Both the position numbers and the translations under genes were made by a program. Positions 1-13,232 of a DNA stretch of 64,000 nt are shown here, piece by piece. The stretch's first letter is position 1. The number at the start of each line of letters is the position of its first letter. Location of the stretch: positions 920,020 through 984,019 of the forward strand of contig MU058257.1 in assembly GCA_013265495.1 (NCBI GenBank). The letters run 5' to 3'. The notes beneath the pieces were generated by a model. It ran no database searches, was not told where the DNA came from, and saw nothing but the letters and a program-made list of their open reading frames with translations. Source of the stretch: Vicugna vicugna. Lineage: Eukaryota.

Positions 1-288
1 GAAATATATCATTATAAGATGTGTAGTCAACACGTAAAGCAGTAAAACTGATTTCAAATTGGACACAAATTCCTTAAAATTTACATCATAAATCCTAAGA
101 CAAGCACTAGCAATTAGTTTAAAGAGGTGAAATAATTCAATAGAGGAGGTGAAACTGAATTATAATAGCCTAATTAAACCTAGAGAATTCAGGAAAGGAA
201 GAGAAATAAACAAAGAACAAAAGGAACAAATAGCAATCAGATTGCAAGCTGGTTGATTTTAAGCCAAACATTTCAACCTTCAATTCAG
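1..288 (+). mobile_element. Old L1 fragment (region just upstream of and at the ORF2 start)
   Basis: A-rich + strand. 'aaatagcaatcagattgcaagctggttgattttaagccaaacatttcaac' resembles the old L1M sequence leading into ORF2. Confidence 0.55.
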
Positions 289-1739
289 TCCCTGAACGTG
301 AAGGGAGGCGCTGGACCTTCGGTCTTGATGCTGGCCTGCAGGGTGAATATTCTGGAATCATCTGTTTTGTTCCCCAAGCTCACCTTTCCAGAAAAGAACA
401 AGATGGCTTCGTGAAGTAGGTATCCCCTGTGTGTCGTCTCCCGGGAAGCACCACAGAGTGATGGGAGAGTCACCAAGAGTGGAACTCAAGGCCTGGGGAT
501 TCTAGCTCAACCAGGCTGCAGTGGACCAGTGCCCAGTGCTGCAGGTGATACCAGGGGCCCCATATGCAGGAAGAGCCAGCTGCCTGGGGAGCACGGAATC
601 CAAGAGGGCTTTGCAGATGAGGAGGACTTAAGTTGCTCAGTGGAGGGCAAGTTGGATGGAGGGGAAGCTTGCAGGAGACTAGCATGGGGCCCAGGGCTAT
701 TTGATTCTGCCTAAAATTTCAGTTCTACTGAATGACCCTACATCGTCTGGTTGGAATGTGTTTGTCAGCCTTGCTATTCGAGGGGCAGTGTCTGCACAGA
801 GTTATTAAAAAGTGATCTGTGGCGGTCTGATCCCTGTCTGAGGCCTTTGAAATGATTTCCCATTAACTTCATTCACAGTGACTTTGGAGGGGGTGGGGCC
901 TTTGAGTCACGCTCATTCTCACCTGAAGGAACAGCCCATCCTTTTGTTAAAAGTATTTTACTGATATTTACGGAGCAATTTGTGCTGTCTCCTCAAACAA
1001 ATTAAAACACTTATTTTTTGCTTTCCTCAATTCAGTCAATTGTTAATAATCATGTTGTCATTTTTTCCCAGGCTTGGCACCAAAACTTTATTCATTTTCC
1101 ATAGAAATTCTGTCACCAACCTACTATAAAAACTGTCATTATCTCTCAAAGTCACAGTCCTGACATCTGTTAAGTAAAGGTTTATTTTACACTTCAAAAG
1201 TCAATCTGCACAGCCGACTAATCTCCTTCAGAATTTTACAGCTTGCTCTTGTCAAATATTTGGGAAAATAAAATTTGCTTTCAGAAAAATATTTGCTTTT
1301 CATCGAAAAGAAAAATACTCTTTATGTATCAAACAATTCGTTTCTTTTCCTGAAAAAGAAAAAACAAAACACCCTTCTCTTATCAATTGGTTTTTACAAA
1401 AAAAATAAAGATAAAAGAATTGGATTCACATTTGTATGTTTTATATCAAGCTACACATCAAGCTCTTTCTTCTAACATCCCTGAAGGTTGAATGGGTCAT
1501 TGAGGTTCCAGGGAATGGATTAGAAAGAAAATTCCAGCCACCTGGTTGGACTTGAAAAGGAGGGGAGAGACTGCTCCAGGTCCTCTGGGTGCTCCTCCAG
1601 CCTCTCACCATAGACCCTGCCTAAAAGATTTGGATCTGACCATGATCCTCTGTGCTAACCTCTCTGATCCATCGCATCCATCCCGGGATGCAGGGAACAA
1701 ATCCTCACTTGCCTTCTAGTGCCGCTGGGAACAAAGGAA

Positions 1740-1905
1740 GGTAATAAAAACCTCACAGGGTACCTTCTCTACACGGGGCTTGTGCTGAGAACATTCCATG
1801 GGCTACATTGTTTAATCCTTGCAACTGTCCTGCAAGAGAGGTGTTATCTCCTCATCTCAAGTCAAAGCCTCTGAATCTCTGAATCTCTGAATCTCTGCTG
1901 CCTCC
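1740..1905 (-). mobile_element. MIR SINE fragment with a (CTCTGAAT)3 microduplication
   Basis: 'tttaatccttgcaactgtcctgcaagagaggtgttatctcctcat' matches the antisense MIR core. Confidence 0.55.
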
Positions 1906-2602
1906 CAGCAGGCTACAGAACCCCTTGCTCCATCCCTGTGTGAATGTACCTTTTCTGCTGCTGTCTGGCATCTCATGAGTCCAGGCTTCAAACTTTTCTT
2001 TAATGCGAGTGTGTGTCTCTTAAGCGACACGAATTAGTGAGCCTGTGAATTCCTAGCAGCCCCTTTGTGGTTTAGAAGTGTTTCCAGGCAGACTTGGTTC
2101 TGGGAGGGCCACCTTCTTTCTCGCGTGGATCTGTTCTCTGACATAAATGTGCTGAGGATGAGCCCGGGGTCTACCAGACGTCTACAGTGAGTTTACTTAG
2201 ACAGTTTCCTACTGCTTCTGACACGGAAAGTCTCTCCCATGAAGTCTCTCCCACGTCCCGCGTCCCACGTCCCCAGCTCTCCCCGTGCTGCCCGGGGTAA
2301 TAGAGACGCGATGTACGCGAGGTCAGAGGACTTCATCTCTGACGCCTTTTCCGCCATTGTTTAATTAACGGTTTCCCATGGGATCCTTCCAATGACACTC
2401 TCTTTTTGATGCAAAAAGGAGAGAGGATAGTACCTCCCCCTCTGGTTTCTATAAAAACCAAATGAGTCGTGTGGAAGTAGCTTGGAAACGAAAGGACTGT
2501 CAGTGATGTTCACATTCAAGTTCATTCTTGTTACACCTCCGACGAAACCCCTCAAATCCTGTCGTCCGTAAGCTAAAAACCAACCTCCTAATCACCGTTC
2601 AC

Positions 2603-3085
2603 TGGTCAAGATTCTGGATTAGAAGCAACAGAAATTAGTTCTGATGAACTGAGGCAGACAGAGGGAGGTTTGGGGAAGATGAGAACAGACTCACAGGGTC
2701 CCTGGATGGCTTGGGAAGTGAGCAGACTGGAGAGGGGTCTCTGGAGGCCAGAGGGAAGGACAGGGCACCAGAGAGCACTGCCACCATGCTTAATGCCACA
2801 GGACGCCACTGCCATGAATAAACGCCACACTCTCCCTTTGACTTCACATTCCTTGCTGCAGATCCAGAGACCAGGGTGATGCAGGGCGAGTGAGTGGGTC
2901 CCATGATGATGCTTTGGATGCCAAGGGGTGGGAGAAGAAGGGTCTGCCTCCTTCATCCTCCAGGACAGGAGGCTGTAGCTGTGGGGACCCTGACGTCACG
3001 CAGAGTGGGAGATGCCCCAGACAGGAGGGCTTGGATGCTGGAGGGGAAATCAAAGCAAAACCCAGCAGGTCCTCTGTGACCCATA
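2603..3085 (-). mobile_element. MaLR solo LTR (MLT1K/L-like)
   Basis: 'agaagcaacagaaattagttctgatgaactgaggcagacagaggg...gactcacag' resembles the antisense 3' end of old MLT1 LTRs. Confidence 0.6.
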
Positions 3086-3179
3086 GCCCTGTCTCATTCA
3101 GCAGCCTCACCTGGGCCTGCCCTCACTGCCAACCCATGCTCTCCTGACTAGGGTTACTTCACTATCTCTTTTGTTCCAA

Positions 3180-3530
3180 GCCCTATCCACCTCCAGGCCT
3201 CCCCCTGGAACTCCCCATTTTCTGCCTTCTCCTTGGGTGGGCCCCTCCCGGGCCTGTAAGTTTCAGATTCAGCGACACTTCTATGGGAAATACTTTTGTG
3301 GCCCCCACCTTTGATCGGATCTAGACTAGACCTCCTGCCCCCATTGTAGACTTACACACAAACGTGCACTTTTATTTAAAATTGCACTTATAATTAAATC
3401 ATCACTGGCATTATTTTGTAAATGTCTGTCCCACTCACTAGACTACACGCGTTGTGAGGGTAACGTCTTTATCTTATTCACGATGTATCCCAGTTTCCAG
3501 TAGACGCTCAATAAATATCTATTGGGTGAC
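3180..3530 (+). mobile_element. L2 LINE 3' end
   Basis: 'tgtctgtcccactcactagactac...gtctttatcttattcac...gtagacgctcaataaatatctattg' is the characteristic L2 terminus. Confidence 0.7.
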
Positions 3531-3795
3531 TTAAAATGTCAATAGACAAGCGTGTGAGGATGCGATTACCAGCAACCTGCGGCCCTCAGGCATGTCCGTG
3601 TTCCCTGGATGCTGGCAGCCACAGCCCCTCGTCCAGCCTGCAGCGCTGTGAGATCCTAATCAACCTGACCACACACTCATTCCTCCTTGTACCCCTCTTG
3701 CTGGCATAATTCTAGGAACATTGAATAAATGGAGCAACAGATGGATGAACGGATGCATGAATGAAGTATCTGGAGTTACAGTGTAAAAGCTCTTT

Positions 3796-4264
3796 CTTTT
3801 TAAAAACTGTTTCTTAAATTGGAGTATAGTCAGTTTACAATGTTGTGTCCATTTCTGGTGTACAGCATAATGCTTCAGCCGTGCATGCACATATGTACAT
3901 TCCTTTTCATTATAGGCCATTACAAGATACTGAATATAGTTCCCTGGGCTCTACAGAAGAAACTTATTGTTTATCTATTTCATATATATTAGTATCTGCA
4001 AATCTTGACCTCCCAATTTATCCTTTCTCACCCTTTCCCATCCTGGTAACCATAAATTTATTTTCTATGTCTGTGAGTCTGTTTCTGTTTTGTAAATAAA
4101 TTCATTTGTGTCTTTTTTTTTTTAGATTCCACATATGAATGGTATCATATGGTATTTTTCTTTCTCTTTCTGGCTTACTTCACTTTAGAATGACGATCCC
4201 CAGGTCTATTCATGTTGCAGCAACTGGCATTATTTTATTCTTTTTTATGACTGAGTAGTATTCC

Positions 4265-4306
<42 letters not shown>

Positions 4307-4336
4307 CCATGACTTCTTTATCCAGCCATCTGCCAA
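3796..4336 (-). mobile_element. L1 3' end (artiodactyl-type 3' UTR)
   Basis: Contains 'ttggagtatagtcagtttacaatgttgtg', 'tgaatatagttccctg', 'tagattccacatatga' and 'gagtagtattccattgtg'. Homologous to the other L1 3' ends in the window. Confidence 0.9.
4267..4300. repeat. (TG)17 microsatellite within L1
   Basis: Perfect TG run read directly. Confidence 0.95.
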
Positions 4337-5194
4337 AAATGCTGTTTCTACTACTCTCTAAGTCCCTCCAGTACATCTTAGATTAAATTCTTTTTGTTAC
4401 TTCAAGCTGGGACGGAAAATAAACACAAGCATCTGGTTTTCTCAGCAGATAGATGTGGACGAGGTTTTCTGTTGGATATGACAGGGGTGAAAAGTCATTT
4501 TCAAACTTCATTTCCCAAAGAGCTTATCACAGAATCTTGAAGTCAGGTCAATAATACACGAGAAATTAAACGATGAAGGTGGAAGACAATAATACAAGAC
4601 AGTTGTGAAGAAGATATTCTGTGACGATGTAGTATTAATTACTGTTAGAGTGCAGAAGAGGAGACCATTCCTTCTGAGCAGAGTGAGGTTTTAGCTTCTA
4701 GAGTGGCCCTTCTGACTACACCTGCGCCCCCTTCACACAGGGCACAAACTCTCCCCAAAGGAATCGCACCTTTTAAGAAACACTCTGCACCCGCCTCCTC
4801 CCAGCCCTCCCAGCCCTGTCCACCTGCCCAGGCACCCTCTGCGTGGTGCATCATGGGGACAGTGCCCTCCCTGTGCCCCAGGCTTCGGGTGGGCTACGAC
4901 TCTGCCTTTCCCGAGAAATGCCAGAGGTGAACCTTTGTCAGCCCAGAGGCCCCCCAGCTGCCACTTCATATGAGATTATCCCAGAGGGAGGTGCAGACAC
5001 AGATGGTGACTGGTTAGGAGTGCCCAGTGTTTGGTTTGACTACACAACTCATTTATAACAAGTTGGATAAGTTACCATTTTTCATCTAGTTTGGTTAATG
5101 GGAAACAGGTCTGTGGATGAATGTCTGTGGTTCTCTCTGTGGCCCCTGGACACTCAGCTTGGTCAGGAGTTTGGGTCAAATCTGAAGGCTGCCT

Positions 5195-5383
5195 GACCAA
5201 TTTGAATTCTGGCCCTTCTGCTTTCTATGTGTCTTTAAGCCTCAGCTTTCTCATCTGTAAAATGGACATCGTAAAAGGACTTGCCCATTAGGCTTCGTGT
5301 GAACAGTAAAAAAGAGCACGCCCAGGAGGGCTCAGTACAGTCCTGCGATGGAGGCAGCACTCAGTAAACTTTAACTCTTTCTT
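5195..5383 (+). mobile_element. MIR SINE
   Basis: MIR core 'gcctcagctttctcatctgtaaaatgg' and end 'gcactcagtaaac'. Confidence 0.75.
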
Positions 5384-6081
5384 GAAATTGGAGAACAGTG
5401 TGGAGGTTCCTTAAGAAACTAAAAATAGACTTAGCTGTACGATCCAGTAATCCCACTCCTGGACATAGATCCAAACAAAACTCTAATTAAAAAAGATACC
5501 TGCACCCCAGTGTTCACAGCAGCACAGTTTACAATAGCCAAGATGTGGAAACAACCTAAGTGTCCATGGACAGATGACTGGATAAGGAAGTTGTGGTATA
5601 TTTATACAATGGAATACTACTCAGCTATAAAAAGAATAAATTTTGTCATTTGCAGCAACATGGATGGACCTAGAGATTATCTTATTATGTGAAGTAAGTC
5701 AGACAAAGACAAATATCACATGATATCACTTATAGGTGGAATCTAAAAAAAAATGATACAAATTCTATTTACAAACCAAAAACAGACTCATGGACATAGA
5801 AAACAAACTATGGTTACCAAAGGGGAAAGGGCAGGGAGGGATAAATTAGGAGTTTGAGATTAACAGATACACATTACTATATATAAAATAGATAAACAAC
5901 AAGATCCTGCTGTAGAGCACAGGGAACTATATATAATTTTTTGTTATAACCTATGATGGAAAAGAATCTGAAAAGAAAAAAAAACTGTATGTGTGTGTAT
6001 AACTGAATTGCTTTGCTGTACACATGAAACTGACATTGTAAATCAACTACACTTCAATCAAAAATCAAAAAAAGAAAAAAG
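5384..6081 (+). mobile_element. 5'-truncated L1 (ORF2 C-terminus, 3' UTR, A-tail) with target-site duplication (TSD)
   Basis: ORF 5510..5692 MFTAAQFTIAKMWKQPKCPWTDDWIRKLWYIYTMEYYSAIK is the L1 ORF2 C-terminus. A-tail at 6060-6080. TSD ttaactctttctt (5371-5383) / ttaactcattctt (6082-6094). Confidence 0.95.
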
Positions 6082-7774
6082 TTAACTCATTCTTACAGCA
6101 GCCGAAACCTCCTGGTCTGCCTTCACTGCTGTGCGTATGGATATATTTTCCCCAGCTCCCTCACGTCCCTCCACTCTTTCCCAGTGCATATTTCGTAGAG
6201 AAACTGGTGACTGGACAGAAGAATGCTGAGAAATTGTCCCTTTACATTGAAGCCTTCATGGGAACAAGCCGATGTGGGTCCTTCACAGCCAACAGTCACT
6301 CATCATCTGCTGATTTAAGCTCAGCTCTGGGAGCCTGGCTTGCTCATGGAATGTGTGTGCCGTTGGGAGTACCCCTGGGGACAGGACACACATCAGGGTC
6401 AGAGTAAGAGGTGTGACTGCTGCAGAGTGAGTGCCGTGCAGCCGAGTGTGGCTTCCAGCTTGCTGCTGGGGCCCTTTCAGCCCCGTGACCAGAAGCGGGC
6501 CATCTGACCATCCCCTGGTTCATCTCGGGGGCGCTTCCCTTCTCCTCTGTGCCCCTGCCCATCCAGGGGCAGAGCAATTGCCTGGACCGCTTACTCCGGT
6601 GGGTCGGTGATCAGCAGCCTGAACTGTGCTCATCTCTGTGAGATGAGGCCCCCCCAACCCCGCATGGTGGACCTCACAGGGTCTGCGTGAGCACACTCAT
6701 CAGGAAAACAGGGTCCTCCTGGGCGACGCGGTGTCCAGGGCCACAAACATGATGTCATTTTCTGGCGATTAGAGATGCTTCCTCTCCTTTGTCCCTGCAT
6801 GCGGAAGGCGTAGGGAAGAAACACCATAGGAAGAACAAAAAAGCAGCCGGCCATCCCACTTTAATTAGCTTCTCCTCTGGCACGAGTCGGGTCTCCCTCT
6901 GCCCACCCATCCCGAGTCCTGTAATCATTTCTTACCACGGGCAATGAACATATGTCCCTCGGTTCTAACAGGCACCTGTCAGCACCAGCGAGCAGATCCT
7001 CCCGCCACCCTCTCCTGCCAATGGAGATGTTTAAGCTTCAGATTTCAATTCGGCCCCAGGGTCTGAGGCCCAATTTTGAACAAGTTGGCATGGGGTGGGT
7101 TCTGGTGGTGTCCTTTTTAATTGTATTATCCTGGGTGATGAAAACCTTTTCAATCTTCATGCAGAAAAGCTCGTGCTGCAGGGGCCTGCGCTCCCCACGG
7201 CGACTTTGAGCCAGGGCCCAGGGCCCTCCCAGGGCCACTTTGTCAGCTGTTCTAAGATCTTTTGTCATCCCAGTGCTGTTAATTGCCCTTGAGCAGGACC
7301 AGGCTTTTTAGTTCGGATTTGCCTAGGACAGTGGGAGGGAACGTGGAGCGACTGTTAGAGGGAGTTGATGTTAATTGCTGGTGGAGGTGGAGGTTTTTGC
7401 TGTTGTTGAAGGCAGTCCTCTAAATTTCATGGTCTTGGAATAAAGAAGCAGAGATTGGCTAAAGAATCGCAGACCAGATAACTTCCCAGTAAGCCATCGA
7501 GAGGGATGCGTGTGCTTGCTTCTCCTTCCTCGTTTCACCGAATCGAATTGCCCCACAGTCAGGGTATCCGAAGAGCTCGCTCGAGTCAGAAACACCGAAG
7601 GCGCCTTGAGGACCACGCAGTTCACGTCCTGATTTCAGAGACTCAGCGGGGAAAACAATCCAAAAAAATTCAACCTGAGAAATGTAAAGGAAAATTGATA
7701 ATAGCCACCTTAGGAAATTCTAAATACCATCTATTTTGCTGATGGCAGGTGGAATAATCAAGTGTCAGAAGAAA

Positions 7775-8115
7775 GCGCCTACCTGGGGGTTGGCAATGGT
7801 GGGGGGAGGGGAGGGGGCGGCTGTAAAGAGGCAGCCTGGAGGAGCTCCGCGGCGCTGGAGCTGTTCTCTGCGCTGACTTCAGTGGTTACGTGCATCCTGT
7901 GATAAAATGACGTACAACTACACACACACGTCCCAGTGGCAGTTCGCTGGGGTTTACACTGCTATAATTATAGACGATATAACCACTGGGGGAGACTGCG
8001 GGAAGCGTCCACAGGATCTCTCTGTCCGGTCTTGGCAATTTTCTTGTGAATTTGTAATTATGTCAAAATAAAAAGTGAATGAAAAAGAGTAAAACAAAAA
8101 AAACAAGAAAAGAAA
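7775..8115 (+). mobile_element. Old L1 3' end (L1MC/L1MD-like)
   Basis: 'ataaccactgggggagactgcgggaagcgtccacaggatctctctg...gtgaatttgtaattatgtcaaaataaaaagt' followed by an A-rich tail. Confidence 0.75.
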
Positions 8116-9494
8116 AGTGCCTACCCTTTGGGGAGTTTGGGATAAAAAACTGAAGGACCAAGTCCTTGATATAGACTTTAAAAGAGTCAGGATAGACTTT
8201 TAGCATCAATAGGTAGGTGAATCCACCATGGTGATACCAAAAAAAGGAAGTTATTTTTGTTTTTAGAGAGAATTACCATTTTAACCTTTTCTACCATTAA
8301 AATGGTGTTTTAATTACAACCCTAAATGTACTGTTACACAATTGCTTGGTATAAAACACTAAGTATGGTACCATGGTAGGTGAATATTCCTCTTTCCTCA
8401 AAGAGTCAAAATTCCAAACAAGTGTTGCTTTTCGTCCTCATTGAGCTCCTGTCCTGGGCTCTTCAGCCCCAGTCCTGCCCCTGCCCCAAGCCCCAGGGAC
8501 AAGTCACAGCCCCTCAAGTGCCAGGGGTTTCCTGCCGCCATTTTGGAGGTCACAGTAGTTTTCTTGAGAAACCGCTCACGACCTTGGCCCTGAATCTGCT
8601 GTGAGCTCTAGGGGAGGCTGGGCTCCACTGTGGAGAACTTGGGAGTGAAGAACCATCTCCCCACAGCTGGGATGGGAAGCCTTTCAGAATGACCTCAAGT
8701 GGCAGAAAGAGGTGTGTTGGCAACATGTCCACTCTGGGTTTTCCATCCCAGTCCCTCTCCTCCCTGAGTGCTCCCACATTTCTACTCCAGGAGGGGAATT
8801 ACAGCCCCAAGTGGGAGGGGTCCCTCTGGCGCAGGTGCAGACCCACACTCACACCACCTCACAGAGGATGAAGGGGCCCCAACACGAAATCCCCGAAGCA
8901 AGGGTCTTTCGGATACGAGCAAAGTCCCCCACACCAATCCCTGACGGCAACACACGTCCTTGCTGAGGTCACATTCAATGACCGACACCCAATCCAAACC
9001 ACTCCTGGCATCAAGTCTCGGTATCTCCTCCCAGCTCAGTTCTCTGATACATTTAAAGACCTACTTATGTCACAGTTGCTTAGAACTGGCAAGAAACTAT
9101 TATTCTTTTTAAATTCCCTGGAATTGTTAAGAACTCACTCGTTGTCACACATGTTGGGTACCTACGCTCCAAGACACAGGTCCATGGCGTTGTGAGAAAC
9201 TTGAGTCTCTAAATACGAGTGTCGCTCAACGCCTTTACCTAACTCAGAGTTAGATGGCTTTGCCTTTTGCTGTCCAGCCCAGGATCCCACTCACTGAAGG
9301 CATTTCTGGTCACTGTATCTCCTTCCAAACTAGATGGGAAGACAGATAGATCTTTAAGCATCATCATGTGAAAACTCTGGGAAATTTTTGTTTCTGGGAA
9401 AGTCAGCAAACAAGCTGAGAGTGATAGCAGACCCCAGATTCCGTCTTACACGAAAGAACCCTGTGAAAAGCCATATCACATCCCAGCCGCAGAG

Positions 9495-9690
9495 GGACTG
9501 GGTTGCAGTTCTAACATGACCGCTTCCCTGGTGGGCGGGGGGCTCTGGGCCAGTGACATGACCTCTCTGAGCCTGTGTCTAAGCAGGGTCACGGGGCGAG
9601 CACCCCAGCATGGCTGAGCTGGTATGGGGATGAAAGTGTGATCTGGTCACTTAGAATCACGCCTGGCACGTGGTAAGTGATGGGTAAGCG
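9495..9690 (+). mobile_element. MIR SINE
   Basis: 'agtgacatgacctctctgagcctg' and 'cacttagaatcacgcctggcacgtggtaagtg'. Confidence 0.65.
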
Positions 9691-9954
9691 TGAGCCTGCC
9701 CTGTACCCTGGGGCGACCTGAGTTAGCGTCTTAGGCACGTACTTGAGGTAAGAGTGACACGCAGGAGCATGAAAGGCAGTGCTACTCATAATTACACGAG
9801 GACGAAGGCAGGAGCTGCGACAATGCCAAGCTTAGGTCAGCCTCACTGCTTGCTCAGCAGAGGTCTTGCCTGAAGGAAGAGTCCCCGCTTTGGGAATGAG
9901 GGCTGCTTCCAGCACGGCCTCCCCTCTCTTGGCTCAGACGAGCCTGATGGAAAT

Positions 9955-10048
9955 CCATCCGCTCTCCATCCCTCCCCATCCCTCCCCATCCCTCTGCATC
10001 CCTCCCCATCCCTCCGCATCCCTCCCCATCCCTCCCCATCCCTCTCTC
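9955..10048. repeat. 10-bp minisatellite (CATCCCTCCC)n, about 9 copies
   Basis: Direct read. Produces the repetitive GRDGEG/IPPHPS ORFs. Confidence 0.9.
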
Positions 10049-10769
10049 CTGGACCCCAACTAAGCAAGCCCAGCAATGCTGGCAGGTCCAGGTCTCTCCT
10101 GCCGCAATGTCCTAGAGCTAATGCAAAGGGCAAAACCTGTTCATGGTGTCTGGCCACTGGCTCCTTTCATCAAGATAAGGCCCTCTCCAGTGGGGAATTC
10201 TAGCCCTGGTAGCACTTCTGGCCGCCCAAACACGCCAGCCCCACTCCATCAGCCTGCAGCCGCTGCAGCACTTAACGCTGCAAAGGACAAAGACACTTCA
10301 CGGAGAGGATCAGATGGCCGGTAAGAGCGCAGCCACTCAAGTGCAGGCAGGAACAAAGATGCTTGGGGGCTCAGATGCTGCCTTGCTCTCCAGGGAAAGG
10401 TGAGCCAACGTTTTGCTTTTGGAAGTGGCCCCACCTGCCCCTTCTGAAGACACATCCCTTTTTTTTTTTTTCCAAAGTTGATCTTCACTGGAAAAATAAA
10501 AAACCCTGTAGTTTGATTTGATTCATCTTTGTTCTCAGTGATGGCCAGACCAAATGGACTGTTTATAAAGAGAAGAGGAAAAGGAAAAAAACCTCCTCTG
10601 ACTCTTTCTCCAGAGAAACCCTTAGAGACTTAGAGAAAGTCAAATGAAATCAAATCATATTATTTAGAGCAAAATTGTTGGATAAGAAGAGAGTTTATGA
10701 AATCTATTGTTTTATTTGGATTCTTCCAGAACAATAACCATCCGCAGCTCTTCTGAGTCCACATACCAC

Positions 10770-11030
10770 ATCTTCTTCCCCATCTTGCGTTCCTTCGACT
10801 CGAAAATGGGAGTTAATAATGCTTGCCTCTCGGGATCTTCTGTGCGGATTGATGATAATAAAATAACACAAATACTCTGTGTTTATATGGTGCTATTCAG
10901 TTTATAGAGAAAGCACTTCCACTTAATCCTCACAATGGCCCAGCGAGATGGGCAATATGAGACTCTACCCATAGCCGAGGGTTGAGAGATCACGTCACAA
11001 CTGGCCAGGCGCTGCGCTTGCTGGCGGTGT
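10770..11030. mobile_element. Two MIR fragments in opposite orientation
   Basis: + copy 'gaaaatgggagttaataatgcttgcctctcggg'. - copy 'cttaatcctcacaatggccc'. Confidence 0.5.
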
Positions 11031-11699
11031 AACTGTTAGCAGTGGAGACGAGGTGTGGCCGTGTACCTGGACGGGAGGATGGCTGGAGTCCCCTGTCAGT
11101 GGCCAATGCATATCCCAGCCTCAGTGTTTTGGCTTCCCAACCATCTGAGGGACCCAAGGAGTGAGGCTGGGACTGGTGGAGCTTTCTGGACCATGAGTCC
11201 TCTGGAGAGGCTGGGAACAATCCAGCTTTATCCCCTCTACTCCAGGTTGGCCTCACCCCTGCCCACCTGTCCTGCTCTCTGCCTCCCACTGTGAGAACCC
11301 ACTCGCCAGGTGTGTCCAAGCTCAGCGACACAGCACAGAAGCCCACTTTCAGCATCAGTCCAGAAAGCCCACAGGGGTGCTGTCTCTTTTTCCTGGGAGA
11401 CCCAACACCATCGCTCAGACTCAGGAGTTGAGTCCTTGCGTCTTCCGTCTCTGACTACAGAGCTTAAACTTCTGAAAGTAAATGGACTTTGCCAACCGTC
11501 CCTTGAGTTTCAGATTAAATTTCCAGTCTGATTTCTACTCCATCAGTACCAGCCCGCCCATTCTGGGTCGCTGTTCTCTTTGTTCTCAGATGTCCCTTCT
11601 TCGGGGAGTCTGTGGCCTTCTCCAGGTTGGTTGCTCTTCCTGGGGCTCCCGTGGCCCCTCAGAGCCACCCCACTGCAGGGGCGCCATCAGCTGTGTTCT

Positions 11700-11825
11700 C
11701 TGTGACCCCCCACCCCCGAAGACTACAAGCTTCTTGAAGGCAAGGACTGCGATCGCTTATCTTGCTATTTCAGACGCACCTGGTGAAAATATTTTTAGAA
11801 AAAGTCAGCAAGTTTAATGAATTAA
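11700..11825 (+). mobile_element. L2 3' fragment
   Basis: 'agactacaagcttcttgaaggcaaggactg...ttatcttg'. Confidence 0.55.
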
Positions 11826-13034
11826 ACCAAGCAGCCTAGAGAGGAGAGGCCATATACCTGAACATGTTCCTGGACTGCATGTCACACAGTGACTCCTTGG
11901 TGCCCGTTCAGATGACTATATTTGCCAGAATCTAAGTGGTTAAAATGACTCCCTCACCCTCAAGGTCATCCCTGCTTCATCCTGTTTTTGTACGAAAGTG
12001 CCACCCTTCAGCCAACAAGCTTGAAAGACTGTTTTCAAAGGGAGTTGGGAGAGAACGTGGGGTTTTTTCTAATAGAATTTGTGTTTAAGATAAAAGATGA
12101 AAATGATCTTTAAAGAATGAGCTAACTTTTCTAAGGCTCATTACCCTGATTTCCCTGGGCCCTTGTGCACGGAGCTGGGCTCACTGGCCTTGCCGGCTGT
12201 AGCTTCTGGTCTGCCTTGGCAATCGGTCTGCTCAAGCTGACGTGGTTGCTGAAGAAGAAAAGTGGACACCAGGCTGTCCGGACACAGGGCAGAGGCTCTG
12301 GGAATGACCCTCTGTCAACCTGCACCAAATACGAAGGCGTTGTCTCCCGCCCTTACAGCCAGTACCGACTGCTCTGCGTTCCAGGCCTCGTCTTCTATCG
12401 AATTTCAGTCATTTTAGACACGTGCTGCTTTGGGTGATTGATCATCATTTTCACTTTCATGAGGTTTAGGTGGGTGGGAAGAAAACCACAGCAAAATAGC
12501 GTGGCAGGAAGTTTCTTTGCAAAAGATTCATGTATTACCTGTGGGTTATGGCTTCTTAAAACCCAAATTCTTAAGTGTTCTGACGTTAAAAGCTTCCTAT
12601 TTGCCACAAGTTGAAGGAGGGTGATTTAGCGGGTGCTACTTCACAAGCACACTTTTACGTCCGGCTGTCTCCAGATTAACGAGTCTCTGCTTCTCGCTGG
12701 GGAAGGTCATTATTAGAGAAGGAGACTCTGGGTCCTGACAGAGCTCACGTGGGAAATGAAACTGAGGGGTTGTGCTTAAAATGTACTGTCGGCTGCATCT
12801 CCAGAAATGTTCGTGGCTAGAAGTGGGGTGGAAAGGCTGAGTCATCCAGATCTGGACGTTGTGCCAAGATGCTTCTAGAATGCTTGAGAAAAACAGAGGG
12901 AAGAAAATAAGAGCGTGGTCATAGCCTATAAACGCTTCCCCTTATTTCATCTCCTTTCTGGATGAATAGATTGAGTTAGAAAGGAACTTGGAATTCAAGA
13001 TTCAAGCCACAATATTGTATTAATTTTGTAATTG

Positions 13035-13232
13035 GAGCTACCATCCACTGAACACATACTGTGTGTACCCTGCTGAGCTGAGTGCTGCCGTCACCTCTGT
13101 TTTACAGCTGAGGGAACCGCGGCTCAGAGACAGCGCAAGTTACCTGCTTGGGGTCACACTGCTTGAAACATAGCAGAGCCAGGATCAACCCGGGGTCTGT
13201 CTGACCCAAAGACAGCGCTGTGCGCTCTTACT
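13035..13232 (-). mobile_element. MIR SINE
   Basis: 'tgttttacagctgagggaaccgcggctcagaga...ggtcacactgct...agagccaggatcaacccggggtctgtctgac'. Confidence 0.8.

Noticed and set aside
9955..10048. Spaced repeats suggestive of a CRISPR-like array (also considered for the 104-bp units at 48.2 kb)
   Set aside because: They are contiguous tandem units with no unique spacers, in eukaryotic DNA with no cas-like ORFs.
11671..11686. CTCF-like site ctgcaggggcgcc
   Set aside because: It is one base short in the AGRKGGC core and mismatched at the 5' end.
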